Shown one piece after another: positions 43,606 through 45,688 of a stretch of 45,688 bases of DNA. Both the position numbers and the translations under genes were made by a program. The stretch's first letter is position 1, and each line of letters begins with the position of its first letter. The stretch comes from Craspedostauros australis (Eukaryota): the NCBI GenBank assembly GCA_030167865.1, contig JALAGF010003255.1, positions 1 to 45,688 of the forward strand, given 5' to 3'. The notes beneath the pieces are model-generated. The model was not told the DNA's origin. It searched no databases and saw only the letters and a program-made list of their open reading frames with translations.

Positions 43606-44580
43606 ATGGAAGCGAAACAATTTGGTCAAAGCAAAATCCCAATGTATCCATCTCTCATCTTCTGGGGCGTTGTGACTTCTTTCGCTCTTCGCAACGTGAA
43701 AGCAAGCGACAGCACACTCGTCACCAATGAGCCACACCATCCAAATGCCGGCGAGACGAACGCAGCAGCAACGACAACACAAGGAGCGCAAGTTGCGCAA
43801 GAAGTGCAAGAAGCACAATCAGAAGGACCACGATACAGATGGGTGCCACAGGATGATCACCCCTGCACGATCCGCAGGTTGACGTTCGATGAGCTGTTTT
43901 CAGAATTTGGAAGCCGCGGTCTACCGCCGTTGCACACGGAGCCTCTGGTGATCGCGGCAAGCAAGTACCGCAATGGCAGGTTCCAGGCCAAGTCCGGCAG
44001 GGATGCCATCCTGCATCATTTCCCGGACGATTTCAACGTGACGCTATCGAGCTCCAACTCCTTCTCGGAGCATCGAAGGCACATCCCGCTGCAGCAGTAC
44101 ATCGACGAGCAGGTGAACTCGGAAACAGTGCCAGAGACTATGTCCAACGAAACATGGTATCTGTTCGGTGAGACGTACACAGAGGAATGGAACATATTCT
44201 TGGAGGATTACGACCTGCCGCCGTGCGTTGCGTGTGAGGGCCACACAGTGGCCCTTGCCTTTGGGATTGGCAATCGCGGAAGTGGCGTGCAATGGCACGT
44301 CCACGGGGCTGGTTTCTCCGAGAGCGTCCATGGCAGGAAGCACTGGGTGATGTACAAAGATAGACCGGCGTTTCACCCTGACAGAACATCGCGCAACTGG
44401 ATGGAGTACAACTACACGAGGCTGGACATCCAGGATAGACCTCTGGAGTGCACACTGAATCCTGGCGACTTGGTCTACTTTCCAGACATGTACTGGCACG
44501 CCACCATCAACTTGGATCCGTACACGGCATTCATATCAACATTCACCCAGGAACATCAGTACGTCGACGCTGAACTGTAA
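43606..44580 (+). CDS. JMJD8: JmjC/cupin-domain protein, JMJD8-like, predicted ER-luminal
   Basis: Start at ATG 43606 or 43642 (MYPSLIFWGVVTSFALRNVKA, signal-peptide-like). VTLSSSNSFS, WYLFG, FGIGNRGSGVQWHVHGAGFSESVHGRKHW and LECTLNPGDLVYFPDMYWHATINLD resemble JMJD8. C-terminal DAEL is a KDEL-like retention signal. Confidence 0.85.
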   Translation: MEAKQFGQSKIPMYPSLIFWGVVTSFALRNVKASDSTLVTNEPHHPNAGETNAAATTTQGAQVAQEVQEAQSEGPRYRWVPQDDHPCTIRRLTFDELFSEFGSRGLPPLHTEPLVIAASKYRNGRFQAKSGRDAILHHFPDDFNVTLSSSNSFSEHRRHIPLQQYIDEQVNSETVPETMSNETWYLFGETYTEEWNIFLEDYDLPPCVACEGHTVALAFGIGNRGSGVQWHVHGAGFSESVHGRKHWVMYKDRPAFHPDRTSRNWMEYNYTRLDIQDRPLECTLNPGDLVYFPDMYWHATINLDPYTAFISTFTQEHQYVDAEL

Positions 44581-45223
44581 CGCCTGCTCGAATGTTCATG
44601 CAGTGGAATAGCTGGGCCAACGTTTACGACTCCAGCATATTCATTGGAGCATACTTGTCGAGAGGAGCAGCGTAACATAGTCTCTGCAGAGAGAGTACTT
44701 GCTCGTACCGTACGCAACGCATGACAGCGATCGTGGCAGCCATCCCATGCCCACACCACAACCGTTGCGTTCGATACTCACGCGATACTGTCGGACATTG
44801 GTGTTCTTTAGGGATGCTCGTTGTTGGTATCGATGGCTTGCAAATGATACCATGGAGGTCATTCACTCGTTCCGGTACCATGAAGTAACTGACATTTCTG
44901 CCATGCATTGCACTTTCTAGGAGAAAACGAGCAGAATCTTTCGAAATGGAGAACACAGCTGGGAAGACATGCGAAAATCCATGACTGACGAGGACGGCGC
45001 GCATGGTCACAGTCATCGTCATCAACGCAATCACAACAACGGCATTTCCAGAAATGGAAAAACAGAATCCAACACCACAGGTGGATACGAACACAGACAC
45101 ACAACCACCGTGCTTTGGCTGCGTTGGGACATCGACCGCATCCCTTCCTCCCACAAACCCCCATCCCGGTTCGATTCAAACCAACACCCACCTCCTCCAC
45201 CACCAAACAAACGACTCGCCACC

Positions 45224-45688
45224 ATGTCTGACGATGAAGATATCGCCGCCCTTGTCATCGACAACGGTTCCGGAATGTGCAAAGGTAAGGCGTCATCGAG
45301 CAGCACATCGCATGGCATCACAATGGATTGTATCGTTTTGAATTGGGTTGGATTCAAACACGGCAATGACAACAGCAACAATGATCGGACGATCGATCGA
45401 TCGACCGCCACGGTTGCGATCTTCTTGATCGGTGGCATTGGCGGCATTGCTGAAATGAGACGCGAAGGATCATCGATGGTCAGCATGCGCATGGTGGATG
45501 CGCTGGCGGAGTGTGCACGCAGGGGTACTCTGTCATAACATCGTCGTACCATCGCCAGCCATCATGTGTCTAACTCCAATTCCACTTTCTTGGTCCACCA
45601 CACGACAACCACACAACAGCCGGATTCGCTGGAGATGACGCCCCACGCTCCGTCTTCCCATCCCTCATCGGACGTGCCCGCCAGCCAG
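45224..45688 (+). CDS. ACT: Actin, 5' part (runs off the window)
   Basis: Exon 1 45224-45284 encodes MSDDEDIAALVIDNGSGMCK. Intron 45285-45619 (GTAAGG...CTAAC...CAACAG, phase 1). Exon 2 from 45620 encodes AGFAGDDAPRSVFPSLIGRARQP, the canonical actin N-terminus. Confidence 0.97.

Noticed and set aside
44969..45538. 189-aa ORF containing the actin N-terminus as a novel fusion
   Set aside because: It is 5' UTR plus actin exon 1 read through into the intron; actin resumes in frame at 45620.

Overview
Eukaryotic genomic DNA, very probably from a diatom or related photosynthetic stramenopile: genes have GT-AG introns and the phosphoglycerate kinase has a signal peptide plus an ASAFAP-type bipartite plastid presequence. 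I assembled ten protein-coding genes by joining ORFs at frame-consistent splice sites: (1) SCY1-like pseudokinase/HEAT protein, (2) VASt/StARkin lipid-transfer protein, (3) a giant six-exon VPS13-family lipid-transfer protein (about 5,827 aa by my exon arithmetic) with tandem FFAT motifs, two PDZ-like domains and a DysF-like domain, (4) plastid PGK, (5) a two-TM polyQ hypothetical protein, (6) a probable Ig-fold DNA-binding protein, (7) a membrane-anchored RDH-like short-chain dehydrogenase, (8) a stand-alone 206-aa P-type ATPase actuator-domain protein with no membrane or catalytic domains, (9) a JMJD8-like ER JmjC protein and (10) the 5' end of actin. The first ~480 bp is A-rich, contains Ns and may be a repeat or LTR end. 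The heptamer ACGAGTA recurs throughout the non-coding DNA. The strongest candidates for new biology are the stand-alone actuator protein, the decorated giant VPS13 next to a VASt gene, and the Ig-fold factor. All domain calls come from recognising motifs by eye; no searches were run.
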